Assembly (NCBI GenBank): GCA_951406725.2
Contig: OX597821.1
Coordinates: 29,698,001-29,762,000, forward strand
From: Octopus vulgaris
Taxonomy: Eukaryota
Direction of reading: 5' to 3'
Length of the DNA: 64,000 nt
Shown here: piece after piece, positions 42,524 through 58,061 of the stretch
Position numbering within the stretch: the stretch's first letter is position 1
Layout of the letters: each line of letters starts with the position of its first letter
Notes under the pieces: model-generated
Told to the model about the DNA's origin: nothing
Seen by the model: the letters and a program-made list of their open reading frames with translations, nothing else
Databases searched by the model: none
Made by a program: the position numbers and the translations under genes

Positions 42524-44449
42524 TTAATTGTTTGTCGTAGACCCGTTAAGAAGTGGCTTGTATTTTGTAATAAAGAGATTTTCTTTACTTATTCTTTGTC
42601 TCGAGGTTGTATCGTCCCTAAATTGGTAGAGGGGGAAAATTCTGAAGTTTGGTGTTTTTTTGTTGGCGCAAGTATCTATGTGTTGGCTAAAAGCTATTTT
42701 TCTGTTTTGGGGAATTTTTATCTGGGATCTGTGCAGGGCCATTCGTTTACGCAAACCATTTTTTGTTTGGCCTATGTACTGCTCTTGACACCCGGAGCAG
42801 GTTAGTGAGTATATTAGGTTCTCCGAAGCACATGTGAAGTTGCTTTTCACTGTAAACCGTTGTCCCTGTTTGAAGGAGAACTCCGAACCCTCGATTAGAT
42901 AGTCGCATATCCCGCAATTGGGTCTTCCACATTTTTTTACTGTCGGCTTCTGTGTTGAAGAGTGAATTCGGGCTTGTGTAAGGAGACTTTTCATGGATCT
43001 AGGCTGTCTTTTGCTTTTTATGATCGTGTGTGTTTGGAGGATTGTGTTCATTCTGTGGTCTTTTTTTAGGAGGGGTATGTTGTGGAGGATGGTGTCGAAG
43101 GCTTCGTTATTGAGAGGGTTGTGTGTGGAGATGTATGGTAAGGCTTTTGGTTGTAAGTTTTTCTTTGATTTGGGATGTCTCAGTTCCTTGATGTTAAGTT
43201 GAAGGGCACGTTGAATGCACTTGTCAATAAGTGAAGGTGGATAGTTCCTGGTGATTAGGGTATCTTTTAGTTCTTGTAGTCGTGTGTCTCTGGTGTTTGC
43301 GTTAGAGACTATAGTGCATATCCTTTTTGCTAGATTGAAGGGGATATTCATCCTGGTGTGTCTGGGGTGGCATGAATTGAATGGAAGATATTGCTTAGAG
43401 TCTGTAGGCTTATAGTATATGTCTGTTTCTATTATATTATTAGCTTTCTTAATGAGGATATCGAGGAAGGGGAGTTGTTGTTGGCTATATTCCATCGTGA
43501 ATTGGATGTTTACGTCCAGTCCGTTTAAAATTTTCTGGAATTCTATGAGTTTTTCTATATTTTTATGCCAAAGGATGAAACAGTCATCTAGATATCTCTT
43601 CCAGTTGTTTTCTATGTAGATGGAGAAAGGGCTGCCATATCTTTCTAGAACCTTACGATACAGACTGATCTCTAGGTATCCTATGACTAGGTTGGCAAAG
43701 GAGGGGGCCATTCGTGTACCCATCGCAGTCCCCGATTTTTGTCGGTAGAAGTTGTCATTGAAGGCGAAGAAGTTATTTTCCAGGATGAATTTAACCCCTT
43801 CTATCACAAATTCTTTTTTGATGCGGTGTGGTAGTTCGTTGGCGTGATTCTCTAGCCAGAATTGGATTGCCTCTAGTCCTAGGTTGTGGGGGATATTGGA
43901 GTAGAGGTTGACTACATCGAAGGATACCAGTATGGTGTTTTTGTTTATAGTATTCGGTAGGTGATTGAGCATATCTAAGTCGTCCCTTATATAGCTTTTG
44001 ACATGTTTGAGGAGTGGTTTTAACAGGGTGTCTAAAAAGTTACTGAGGCGGTGGGTTTCGCATGCGGGACCTGCTATTATGGGTCTCAATTTGAGGTCAT
44101 TAGGATTAGGGACTTTAATTATTTTGTCTGTAGCTATCTTGCATGCGTTGCTTATTTTTTCACTTTTGTGGATCTTAGGTATACCGTAGAATTGGCTAGT
44201 TTTACTTGTGAAATTGGTCATATAATCATATTCTTTGTCGGTGAGCCCTGCTTTGTATGGGTTTAATATGGATTTTAGTTCCCTCATTATTTTTTGTTGA
44301 CTGTAGTTTTGTGCCTTTTCATAGTATGTTGTGTCTTCCAGCATAGAAAGTACCAAAGTTATGTAAAATGTCGTATCCATTAAGACAACAGCACTCCCTT
44401 TATCGGCCTCTTTGATTGTTATTGTTTTATCTAGTTTTAATTTGTTCAA
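42524..44449 (-). CDS. Penelope-like element polyprotein (reverse transcriptase + zinc-finger linker + GIY-YIG endonuclease), 5'-truncated, Neptune-like
   Basis: Uninterrupted 641-aa ORF with PLE RT motifs IKEADKG, FYGIPKIHK, LRPII, SFDVVNLYSNIP, GTAMGTRMAPSFANL, WKRYLDDCF and LPFLDI, thumb YYKPTDSKQYLPFNSCHP, linker CGRPNCGIC, and GIY-YIG NLIYSLTCSGCQEQYIGQT...RKR...KE...PLLN. It starts at TTG next to a (TA)n tract, so the N-terminus is missing. Confidence 0.96.
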   Translation of the reverse strand: MNKLKLDKTITIKEADKGSAVVLMDTTFYITLVLSMLEDTTYYEKAQNYSQQKIMRELKSILNPYKAGLTDKEYDYMTNFTSKTSQFYGIPKIHKSEKISNACKIATDKIIKVPNPNDLKLRPIIAGPACETHRLSNFLDTLLKPLLKHVKSYIRDDLDMLNHLPNTINKNTILVSFDVVNLYSNIPHNLGLEAIQFWLENHANELPHRIKKEFVIEGVKFILENNFFAFNDNFYRQKSGTAMGTRMAPSFANLVIGYLEISLYRKVLERYGSPFSIYIENNWKRYLDDCFILWHKNIEKLIEFQKILNGLDVNIQFTMEYSQQQLPFLDILIKKANNIIETDIYYKPTDSKQYLPFNSCHPRHTRMNIPFNLAKRICTIVSNANTRDTRLQELKDTLITRNYPPSLIDKCIQRALQLNIKELRHPKSKKNLQPKALPYISTHNPLNNEAFDTILHNIPLLKKDHRMNTILQTHTIIKSKRQPRSMKSLLTQARIHSSTQKPTVKKCGRPNCGICDYLIEGSEFSFKQGQRFTVKSNFTCASENLIYSLTCSGCQEQYIGQTKNGLRKRMALHRSQIKIPQNRKIAFSQHIDTCANKKTPNFRIFPLYQFRDDTTSRQRISKENLFITKYKPLLNGSTTNN

Positions 44450-44475
44450 CTCAGCCCATTCTTTTTTGCTTTATA

Positions 44476-44537
<62 letters not shown>

Positions 44538-44837
44538 GTGTTTGTGTGTGTATGTGAAGAGCTTCTTTCAGTTTCCTTCTAGTAAATCAACGTACAAGGC
44601 TTTGGTAAGTCCGAGGCTATAGAAGAAGACACTTGGCCAAGGTGCCACGCAGTGGGACAGACCACGGACCCATATGGTTGGGAACCAAGTTTCTTATCGC
44701 ACTCCCTGTCTCTCTCTTGCATTTCATTTTCTCTAAATTCTAATCGGTCTCCTTCAGCCATTCTTAATACTCCTTTCATCTCTGATTTAAAACTGCCTTT
44801 TTTGTTTTCTTTCTCTTGTTATAGCTGCTGTATCTAT

Positions 44838-46670
<1,833 letters not shown>

Positions 46671-47059
46671 ACGGATAATGTACCCGTTTCTTTTGCCTTT
46701 GTTATTTTCCTTCATTTCTATGGTCCTAGGTCAGTCCCGATCGACCAGGCTTGTTATTCAAACACATTGCCCTTTGTCAGGGGCTTTACTTTGTATTACA
46801 TTATTATGTAATGTGTGTTCTTGCTTTTCATTAGACACCGGGATCTGTATCTCAGAAGATATATTTGCTATTTCTAGCAGACAGAGTGCGCAGAAAGGCG
46901 CTCCTGTCGGATTATCGCTATCACCCTGTAGTTGTGAAGAAGCAAACGTTATCAAAGATATTCCAAACGTGACCATCCTGTTTTTTTTGTTTTTTTCTTT
47001 CTTTCTTATTCTTATGTCCATTCGCCAACGTGTCCTGTTTTAAGACACCGATGTGAGTT

Positions 47060-47530
47060 TTGAAGATTTGGCTGTTGTTTCTAACATGCTGGAAGACTGC
47101 ATCGAAGCGTCTTCTATTGTTATTACTACAGTTGTAGTTGTTTAGTCATTTGTAAGCTTTGCCCGAAGAGACAGTTAATCAAAGAAACTCCAGCCACGAC
47201 TATCCTGTCTTTGTGCTATGAGCAGAGACCATCCGGTCCCATTATTCAACGTATTTTGAGTTATGCCTCTGAAGTGTGATTTGAAGATTTGGCTGTTGTT
47301 TCTAACATGCTGGAAGACTGCATCGAAGCGTCTTCTATTGTTATTACTACAGTTGTAGTTGTTTAGTCATTTGTAAGCTTTGCCCGAAGAGACAGTTAAT
47401 CAAAGAAACTCCAGCCACGACTATCCTGTCTTTGTGCTATGAGCAGAGACCTTCCGGTCCCATTATTCAACGTATTTTGAGTTATGCCTTTGAAGTGTGA
47501 TTTGAAGATTTGACTGTTGTTTCTAACATG
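47060..47530. repeat. Tandem duplication, 221-bp unit, ~2.1 copies
   Basis: tgaagatttg(g/a)ctgttgtttctaacatg recurs at 47061, 47282 and 47503, with near-identical units. Confidence 0.92.
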
Positions 47531-47997
47531 CAGTGACCACCTAGAGAACCACTTTTGCTAGCTTACCGACTGTTGCTTTCGTTGTTGCTGTTGTTCCTAC
47601 TCTTGTTCCTGCTGCTGCTGCTGCTGCTGCTGCTACAATGTATTGCTAGTGCTACTACCGCTGCAACAACTAATGCATATGCACTATCGTTGCACCTTCT
47701 ACCGCCACTGTCACCATGCGTGTCACCAGTGGCCTTGTCTGCTGATATTATTGCCATCTTGCCAAGGTTGCATATGCAAATGATACAGATAGATGTTGCT
47801 GCTATAGCTGTTGATGACGGTGATGCTGATGGCTGTAATAGTGATAGTGATGGTGGTAGTTAGCTTTTTGGTCCATATTATTGTTGTTGTTGTAGTTGAT
47901 GTCTCTTCCAGCGCCAGCTCTGTCTGATCAAGCAGTTCTATATTCTAAGTCAGTCTCGCTTTTGCCATTCTGTTTATGTCTATCAAGGACTACTCTA

Positions 47998-48442
47998 GGA
48001 TCTTTTCGGTTTGAACGGCAGTTTTTAACATAATTTCTAGGTAACTAAAACATTTTAAACTTCGTGTACAGGTAGAATGTGTTTATAAAACATCTTTTTC
48101 TCTTGGTTTTATTGAAAAAATTCTATGGTTTGTAAGATATTTGTTGTTTTTTTCTTCAATTTCTTCAATTTCAACCAATCACTAACGTCTATTGAGGTAA
48201 AAAGCATTCTGTGCCGTATGAATATGTCCCTCATTTAAGAAACAGATTGGGTTTATTTACATTTGTGAAGAAAAAAAGATACCCTTCTCCCACCACTAAC
48301 CTTAACCCTAACTAACCGTAAATAACCGTAACTATCCCCAAAAGAGATTGAAATGCAATAGATCGATACTAGGGTCATAATTATGGGTGACAATTTCATA
48401 TGACACCGCTAGTAAAAACTGCCGTTCAAACCGAAAAGATCC
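47998..48442. mobile_element. Non-autonomous DNA transposon (Merlin-like MITE)
   Basis: TIR ggatcttttcggtttgaacggcagttttt / aaaaactgccgttcaaaccgaaaagatcc, with perfect 8-bp TSD ctactcta and GG...CC termini. Confidence 0.9.
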
Positions 48443-48740
48443 CTACTCTAACCTATGATCAAAGGAATTCCGGTGGTGACCACCCTGTCTGTGTATATCT
48501 GGGACTCCATTGACCTGTAATCGAAAGTGACCATCGCGTCTGTCTGCCAAGGACTACACAGATTTATGACCAAAGTACGACTGGATGGACCTTATACTCA
48601 AAAGATTTTCAGAGATAACCATCCTGTCTGTGTACCTCTAGGATAACATTGAGCAATGAGTAAAGGTGACTATTTTGTACACGTATATCTAGGACTACAC
48701 TGACCAGTATTCAAAGACATCCCAATGGTGACCAACCCGT

Positions 48741-48784
<44 letters not shown>

Positions 48785-49070
48785 GTATGTGTGTGTGTGT
48801 GTTTATATGCATACATATATATATAAAATAGGATAAAATGTTTATAAGAATTTATTAAGTAGTTAGCGTCAAAAACCTCATAAGGGAAAATTTTATTAAT
48901 TATTCCCTTTAAATAAATTTATTTATATTAAAGGTATTACTATGCATAAATGCCTCACACTAGGAGAGACTCTTAAAGTCAAAAACTACCATAATAAACA
49001 CATTGTACCGAACGCGAGGGAATGCAATTCTCGAAGCGAGCCTTTTAAACACACACACACACACACACAC

Positions 49071-49532
<462 letters not shown>

Positions 49533-49657
49533 TGGATCTAAGCCTGCATTAGCCTGTGTCCCAAAATATTCCATTGGTGACGATCCTGTCTGTATATTTC
49601 ACCATCGACTCTACCACCACCACCAACTCCACCACCACCATCACCACAACCACAACC

Positions 49658-49689
<32 letters not shown>

Positions 49690-50020
49690 CGGCACTATTA
49701 CCGTCATTATATATATATTACCATCACCACTATCGCTATCAGTAACTCATCACTATTATACAAATGAAAGATAATATTTTTCAATATTATCTATATTATC
49801 AAGGCGGCGAGATGGTAGAAACATTAGCATCCTGGGTGAAATGATTAACGGTATTTCGTCTGTCTTTAAGCTCAGCGGTGGTGCCCCAGCATGGCCGCGG
49901 CCTTCGGACTAAAACATTTTAAAGGATTTTAAGGATTTATATATTATCACTGTAGCTTCAGTTAATTTGTTAATTTTAGAACAAGGTGTATATTATTCTG
50001 GTTTTTATTATTCTGATGAT

Positions 50021-52494
50021 AAGAACTCGAACGAGTCATATGGAGTGGTCATGGCAGTTTTCGGGACGTGTGCTGGGTCCACTGGTATTTAGTGGTATGC
50101 ACATACCAAGTAAATCTTGGAAAAAACGGTGCATCCATGTAAAGCAGACGAAAACATCCTGAAGGACGGGTAAAGGATATCTGTCAGGGATAGTGATAGC
50201 ATTGAGGCATCTGAAATCCCCAACTGATCGGAAGTCTGCAGTACATTTTTTTGTTTGCCATGTGTAAAGGAGACGCCTATGAGCATATGTTCAAATTCAG
50301 CTCGAGCTGCCTCAAGCTTGTCCGGTGCCAACCGCTGCGGACGGGAAAAAATAGGAGGTCCCTTTGTGGAGATGAAATATCGCGTTGAGTGAACAGGCTC
50401 GGTTAGATTAAACAACAAATCAGTAAGCTCTGGAAAAGAAGCAGGCAATGCGTGATACGGCAACGAAGAAAGAAGGATTTACAGGAGCGACAGTATAGAA
50501 TTATTCGTAGGAATTGATAAGGAGGTGGTATCATCGAGAAGCCGCTGCCTTCTTACATCAACCAATAATGAGTAATGGGTAGAAAATCTGCACCCAATGT
50601 TGGATAAGGCAGATCCGCGATGACGAAAATCCATTTGAAATCTCTACGTAGAGACAAATTTACAGATTAGGAAATCTGTCCGTAAGTCCAGATAGTAGAG
50701 TGGTTAACAGCATACAAAGAAATATCGAAGGTTGAGGCCTTGTCGAGGTGAAACGTAAGGGCTAAATACTGATGCTGGCTTCCGTGTCGACCATGAAATG
50801 CTTAGAGGAGTTGACGTCTCTTACAAAAAATGCACGATGCAGAGTAGAACGAAGGACGGGGACAGCTGACGTACTCAGGGTCTCCCGGTCTAGTTGCCCC
50901 GTAGTGATTAAGAGCAAGGCTGTCTACACTGACGTGCCTTATCCCCGAATCGTCGATGGTACCAACATGGCGTATTGGACGAAGTGATAGCACGCTGGCG
51001 AGAAGAAGAACGATGCCTAAAACGATCCCAGGAAGACGATCAGGAAAAAGAGGAACGCACATGACACAACCGCGAAACTTGTTGCGCCAAGCCCTTAATT
51101 GCCTTCAGGGTTTCTGCTTGTGATGCCACATCGTCCGATGAAGAATCCCAGGTATCTGTAGACGAAGTGATAGCTACATCCTCATCAGCGGACGAGGTAG
51201 ACCTGGAGAATTCCAGTACCTCTTTGTTCCAACGTAGCTATTTGTTCCAGCGAGCTACGCTCTTTCATAAGATGGACTGGGCATTAGATGGCGACCGACA
51301 GAAAAATAGTTACTTCATGAATTTTCTTCTGTTGAACTGTCGGCCAAACGCGAATTCTGCGTAAAAATTCTCTTAGGGTTCTATCTCTCAAATGTTCGTT
51401 CTCCAAGAGATTTAGTATTCCTGCGAAGGAATCTGCTTTTGTTCTGTCGTAGGAAGCATCTGGTGGTGTGTCTGTGATTAGGTCTTTGACGGTGAGCACT
51501 AACGGCGAAGGAATCCCACTCAGTACGATGTGCAATCTCTGATGAGCCGACTGAATGTTATTGGATACAAAGTATGATTTCAGCTGGGCAAATCACATCT
51601 TAGGACAGCGATAATAACGGCGTAGAGGGATGTGACTCATCTTCGGCGGGAAAACGTAAAACGCCTCTAGAAAAAGGGAAAACGAGCTAGACGTGACCAA
51701 AAACCTGAAAATATACGTCGAAGAAAATTCCACATGTGGTCGCAAGAAAACAGAATAACGTCCTCCAACGAGAAAATGTCAGGAGACAAGGACAAGGACA
51801 AAAGAAAATGCAAAGTCGTACCTGACAAAGGAAAAAAATTATCACGCAGTGAAATAGGGAGTTCGCAACAGAAAACGTTCACGTGGGTCGAACACATAGA
51901 CACAGTTGTTTAGCAGCTATCGAACACACGAACACATTAGGAGAAAATTCAACGCAGAGAAAAATGAACGTAAAAGCTATCGTTCGTTGGTCAAAGAAAT
52001 ATTCCATGGAGAAATTCCACGCATCGGGCAGTTTCAATGAGTGGTCTACCCAAGTTATGCATTTCTTCTCGTAAAACATCATCGCGCCATTTCTGTTTCA
52101 GGGGGAACCTTCCCCTCCCAAAGATGGAGTAGAAACTTTCTCATAACCAAGAGATATGTCCTTTTTTTCTGACCGGGTTCACTACTGTAGCCAGTTGGTC
52201 ACTGGTGTAGAACTTGACCGTTGAAAAAAATTCATAGCTTTCCACACATGATAGAGCTGGTAATGTAGAGGCAATCATGAAGTTGAACGACGTGATCATA
52301 TAGCAGGCAATGGTTGTTGAAGCGAAGTCTGGAGATATTTTTAGATTGGGTCCCCACTCTTTAGCGAGGGATCATGGATGCGTGTTCTAAGTCGGGTTAT
52401 CCCTTTAATAATTGGTCTGAGTCATTAATCTAATGGCTGGGAAATGCCTCTGGTGCAGTAAGTGACAGCAACACACCATGTTTGAAGTAGTACA
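50021..52494 (-). mobile_element. Decayed, 3'-truncated Ty3/Gypsy LTR retrotransposon (candidate 5' LTR, PBS, gag, protease, start of RT)
   Basis: Gag-like FAQLKSYFVSNNI...VKDLITDTP (ATG at 51640), protease-like FMVDTEASIS (~50770-50800), and RT PIFSRPQRLAPDKLEAARAEFEHML and FSKIYLVCAYH*IPVDPAHVPKTAMTTPYDSFEF. Candidate LTR TGTAC...CTACA at 52494-52186, followed by a degenerate tRNA-Trp-type PBS (tagtgaacccg). Confidence 0.85.
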
Positions 52495-52502
52495 AAGATT
52501 TC

Positions 52503-52674
52503 ATATATTAAGAAATAAAACGGTAGTCAGGATTTGGATAAAAACTATTTATTTAAAGCTTTCGTTCCTTTAAGATATTCACCATGGTTCATGATGAATG
52601 CCTGAGAGGGACGAAAGCGCTAAATAAATAGGTTTTATTTAAATCCTGGCTACCTTCTCTATTCGTAATATATA
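52503..52674. repeat. Diverged inverted repeat containing hammerhead-like remnants (ATGATGA...GAAA-gcgc-TA)
   Basis: ggtagtcaggattt...ctttcgttcc...tattcaccatg / catgatgaatg...ggacgaaagcgc...aaatcctggctacc. Confidence 0.75.
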
Positions 52675-52845
52675 TGTATCTGTGTGTGTATATTTATATA
52701 TATGTACATATTTATATGTATATACACACATATATAATCATATATAACACACACATCTATCTCTTTCAGTCTGCCTATCTGTTTATTTAGCTAACTATAT
52801 ACTTAAACACGCACATACAAGTGCACACGCATAAGGGCACGCACG

Positions 52846-52877
<32 letters not shown>

Positions 52878-53620
52878 CACACACAAACATGCACACATAT
52901 ACACGCACTCATATACACACGCGAACACACATACACGTACACACATTCACATATACATGGTTATCGAATTATATGCATGTCAAATAGTTAATTCCTCATT
53001 TGTATATATATTAAAATTGCTATAAGCAACTAATCTTCGTCTGTGGAGAGAAAATAGGTATTCATTTTCTAATTAACTTTCTAATGATGTTTTAATGAAT
53101 CTGGAAATTAATCATACGAAACTACATGTTTTCTGTTGAAGGAGACACAGAAATTTAAAATGAAACCAGTTTGGTTATGTTCCGTAGTGGGGCAAAATTG
53201 TTTGTTAATTTACATTTGTATTATTTCAAAATGTGTTCTACACAATGAACTAATACATAAACGTTTGTTTAAAGCGCATTTTCATGTGAATTAGATGATT
53301 AACTTGGCAAAATCAAAGTATCTAAATCATTAAACAGCTATAAGCTACAGATGTTTGCAAAGCGAGACTATGAGAATTCTTGGTCAGATTTGATAAAGAT
53401 CTGACGAGACTAGAAACCAGTCACTCACACATTCTCCTCACCATGTCGATACTATGTTTTCTTTTAACTTTTCTCACCAGATCGATGCTCTTATTTCTGT
53501 CTTGTCTTTGTTTCTTTTTCATAGCGAGTCTAAAATGGTAAGTAAGCACTATATGTCTATATGATGTACTTTCTCAAGACGAATACCACATTGTTGTGGC
53601 TTTCTTACAGTGTGTCTCCG

Positions 53621-53928
53621 TTAAGTAAGAAAACAGCACAGCTCCCATGACTTTCGGAAACATTTTTTCACGCTAAGAGTTGCTGAAACATGGAACAAAC
53701 TGCCGGCATCAGTTGTTAGTTGTCGGAGCACTGCATCCTTCAAAACTTCCCTGCTTCCTGAGATTCGCCAACACTACACCTGATTTTCTCCCCTCCATAC
53801 ACACGCAAGTTTCTATCTGACTCATACACTGTTCACTTCCCAGACATTTGTACATTACTGCATATGCTTTATACGCACTTTCGACAAGTTGCGGTGCACC
53901 TGAGCACTATATACAATAATTTCATTAT
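53621..53928 (+). mobile_element. 3' end of a CR1-type LINE
   Basis: RKQHSSHDFRKHFFTLRVAETWNKLPASVVSCRSTASFKTSL matches the typical CR1 ORF2 C-terminus (FFS.RVV..WN.LP..VV). Confidence 0.8.
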
Positions 53929-54851
53929 ATATATATATACAGAATGTTATTTTGAATTAATACAACATTCGTCGCTAATATTAAATTTTTACCCAGCTAT
54001 TTACGACACCAGTGACTTGTTAATAATTGTTTTTCTATATCAAGAGAGACGAAATACATACACTGATGACGTGCAAATATGCAGAAATCCCGGATCTAGC
54101 AATTCCATCGCCGGTACTGGTCACTTTTCGTTTGCTACTGATACTGCTGTGATCATCCAGTCTTTTTTTAAACATATAGATTATTTTAGACAGTTTATTT
54201 TATGATATGGCAGACTGTCATATGCGGACGAAATATTGGTCACATGGCTGAGAAGATCGTTTCACAATCACGAAATCTTGGTTTTAATCTTGAGCAAGTG
54301 TCTTTTACCACAACCTCATGTCAATCTTGACCTGTAGGGTACTACTGGATAGATGTGAACTGTGTGGAAGCCCGTCACATGGACTATACCTGTAATTTAA
54401 AGGTCCAAACTTGTCACTGTATTGTGCTGACTCTTCCTAAGAACTACGTTAAGGGCATCCGTTTTTGCGGTATATGGTATAATCAAGAAATAATACGTGA
54501 ATTCAAAGAGCAGATAGTTAATTTAGCAACTAAATACTAAAACAACGGAGATCCATTACGAATAATACCAAGTTGAGTAAAACAGACAGGTTTGATTTAT
54601 CCATGAAAAGATTTGTAGGTTTTACTTATTTATACTGTTTATAACCTTGCACTCATTTAAAGTGATCGGTCTAAATTGTATAAGAGCTGATGCACTGAAA
54701 TGCTGCATTAATTAATTCCTAGTGTTAGTCAACAAGAAGCATTTCAGGGAAGACTATCTCATCTTCTTTAGAGGTATATAAGACTTCCCTTTTCAATTAA
54801 ATAAGTCGTATACGTATTTAAGATGCCGGAGTGTGACTTGAGTCACACTCT

Positions 54852-55268
54852 GGCGGCGAGCTAGCAGAAACATTAGCACGCTGGGCGAAATGCTAAGCGG
54901 TATTTCGTCTGCCGCTACGCTCTGAGTTCAAATTCCGCCGAGGTCGACTTTGCCTTTCATCCTTCCGGGATCGATTAAATAAGTACCAGTTACGCACTGG
55001 TGTCGATATAATCGACTTAATCCGTTTGTCTGTCCTTGTTTGTCCTCTCTGTGTTTAGCCCCTTGTGGGTAGTAAAGAAATAGATATTTCGTCTGTCGTT
55101 ACGTTCTGAGTTCAAATTCCGCCGAGGTTGACTTTGCCTTTCATCCTTTCGGGGTCGATAAATTAAGTACCAGTTACGCACTGGAGTCTATGTAATCGAC
55201 TTGATCCCTTTGTCTGTCCTTGTTTGTTCCCTTTATATGTAGCCCCTTGTGGGCAATAAGGAAATAAG
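54852..55268 (+). mobile_element. Nin/Deu-domain SINE family B, dimeric
   Basis: Two units, flanked by duplicated gagtgtgacttgagt(c/a)aca. Confidence 0.88.
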
Positions 55269-56885
55269 AGTGTGACTTGAGTAACATTTGGCCATTAATT
55301 TCATTTGCTGTTGTTATATAAGTGCTATGTATAGGGATACTTCTCATGTCTGTAGGGAGCAGAAGCGTTGCATAAATCAGTGGCTACCAGCGACAAATAT
55401 CTACCACACCAAAATAATGGAAACATTTTTGCCCTTCCACCATTTTTTTTTATTCATGCGAAAGCAAACAGAGCACATACGCATGTAATTTACCTATCTC
55501 CGTCGAACATTTTAAAAAACGTTTAAATCTATCTCGTTCAATTAAACATGGCTATTCACCTGCACCATTTCAATCATCACAGCCCTAATTTCTATGGGCA
55601 AAATAGGTATAAATCCCAGGTCTTTCAGTTGTTCTTGTTGACGTTGTTTCAGTACCATTTCAGCCTGGCCTCCTATATATTGACTTTGTATAAATCTGGT
55701 GACAGTGGTGAAACAATATTACTATGCAGGAAGGAAGTTGATTTCCATTGGGTTTACTCTAGAAATCTCCACTACATCTTGCATTCACCTAGTATAACAC
55801 AGCAAAATCATGAGCAGCAGGTCGAGCAAGTATTATATACGCAGACCAGTAAGCGAATACTTCATCTTCACTTTTTTTTCTATTCTAACAGTTTATATTA
55901 AAATATTAGACGTAAAGGTATAAGTTTTTCATATTTTGAAGATACATTTTCATCATAAATATCGAACTGAAGTATGATACTTGGGTATATAGAAAGCAGT
56001 AAGATACATATCTGCCGGAGGCTGAGCCACTTGCAGATTATAAAATAGATGACATATTCACGGAAACAGAAGTGCTATATTATACTAGTAAAAAATTTAT
56101 AGTGAAATTTAGTTGAATCAAGCAGCTGTTCTTCTATAGTTTAATCGAAAAAGAGTCGCACAGATGGCGGTAAATAGTTGATTTGAGTTCCTAGGGTAAC
56201 ACAATCCTTCTCTCTCTGTCTCTTGTACATACATACATACATACATACATACATACATACATACATACATACATACATACATACATACGCACGCGCGCAC
56301 ACACACACAGACACGCACATAAACCTGCACTGTTCTCGAGTTCGTTTACGAAAGAAAAACAAAAACTGACTGAGGTACCCTACGGAGGGATCGAATCCGC
56401 AGCGGGTCAATCATCATGAGCAACCCAGTCATAATCGCGCCATGTTTTTCTGTCTCTTGGGCTACATCGTTCCTTTCAATATTTAAGACGATAGTACAAT
56501 GAAACATACCACTTGTCTGTCCGTCGGTATGTACACATGTACACAATGTATAATGTGTGTAAATAAATAAACACACATAAATATATGAATATACACATAC
56601 ATATACATATGCGTAGAGAAATCGCTTTTTTGTTTTTGGTGGTGGTGTAAAATTTACACCCCGCAAAAAGGGAAATTACCTCCCCTTATATTAATTCACA
56701 TACCGGTTCATTTACGAACAAACTCTCATGTAACCAAGATGGCCTAAAAAAATCCTTAAGATGCTACGAAATTTTAACGAATTTCCCAGTCATGATTAGC
56801 AAAACGTGAAACCGGTAGACTATATAAATATTCTATCTCATAAAATATATAAAAAATATATGAATTGTATGCATTTTCTTTCTGT

Positions 56886-56931
<46 letters not shown>

Positions 56932-57645
56932 ATGTGTTTGTGTGTGTGTATGTGTGTTTAGTTACTATGCTCACGTTCTTTCCTGGTTTTCATTCCTTCT
57001 CTCTTTCTCAAATAGTTAAACACAACCCACTATTGAGATTTCTACTAATTTTCTCGCTCCCTCTCTCTTTCTTTCTCTCTCTGTCTCTCGGTCTGTCTGT
57101 TACTCACTCACTCACTCACTATTTCTCTTCTCTTTCCTAATCTTTCTTTCACTCCGACTCTCGCCGCTCTTTCGATTTCAACTCCAATCAACGTGTCTGT
57201 TTAATATTTAACAACCTTGATAAACACTAATTTTAAGATCGAAATAAAAAGAAGAAACCCATTGGCTTGGAATGGACCCATGTATCTCACATTAGCTTGG
57301 CGAACGTGTTACAAGATTGATCCAATACGCTTCACTGAGTTTGCCTTAGCGAATTAGTTTCACTTTCACTATAAATATCTCTCTACGTCTCTCTTTCTCC
57401 CCTCCACGCTCCTCCTCCGCACTATATATACACACACAAATATATATATCTGATATGTATGTATGTATAGATTGATAGACAGATATTTTATGAAGCTATA
57501 TGTACATATAGATATGTATCGATATACATACATACATATATATATATATGTATGCATATGTATGTGTATGTATGTATGTACATAGATTGAGAGATAGATA
57601 CTTTATGAAGCCATACATATATATAGATATAAATTCATATGCATA

Positions 57646-57709
<64 letters not shown>

Positions 57710-57942
57710 CAGCCAGCATGTATGTGTGTATATATGTATGTTTGTATGTATGTATGTTTGAATGAATGACTGTAAGAATTGTTATGTAGTTAAGAAAATC
57801 GACTTGTAGCCATATGGTTTCAAGCTCATTCCTTAGCGCGGAAGCTTGGGTGTTTTTTATTTTTACTGTAGCTCCAGGCCAACCCGTTTATCTTTGCAAT
57901 TCACTCTTTCGTTTGTCAACCCGTATTTCTCTCCCTTGGCAG

Positions 57943-58061
<119 letters not shown>

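Larger units (their letters stand above)
41731..44470 (-). mobile_element. Penelope-like retroelement copy (ORF plus ~800-nt 3' UTR/pLTR region), bounded by (TA)n on both sides
   Basis: ORF above, a downstream hammerhead motif on the same strand, and (TA)n tracts at ~41712-41730 and ~44472-44527. Confidence 0.85.

Noticed and set aside
54058-54162. Possible minus-strand exon ending in gtatgt
   Set aside because: Poor acceptor and no recognisable protein similarity.
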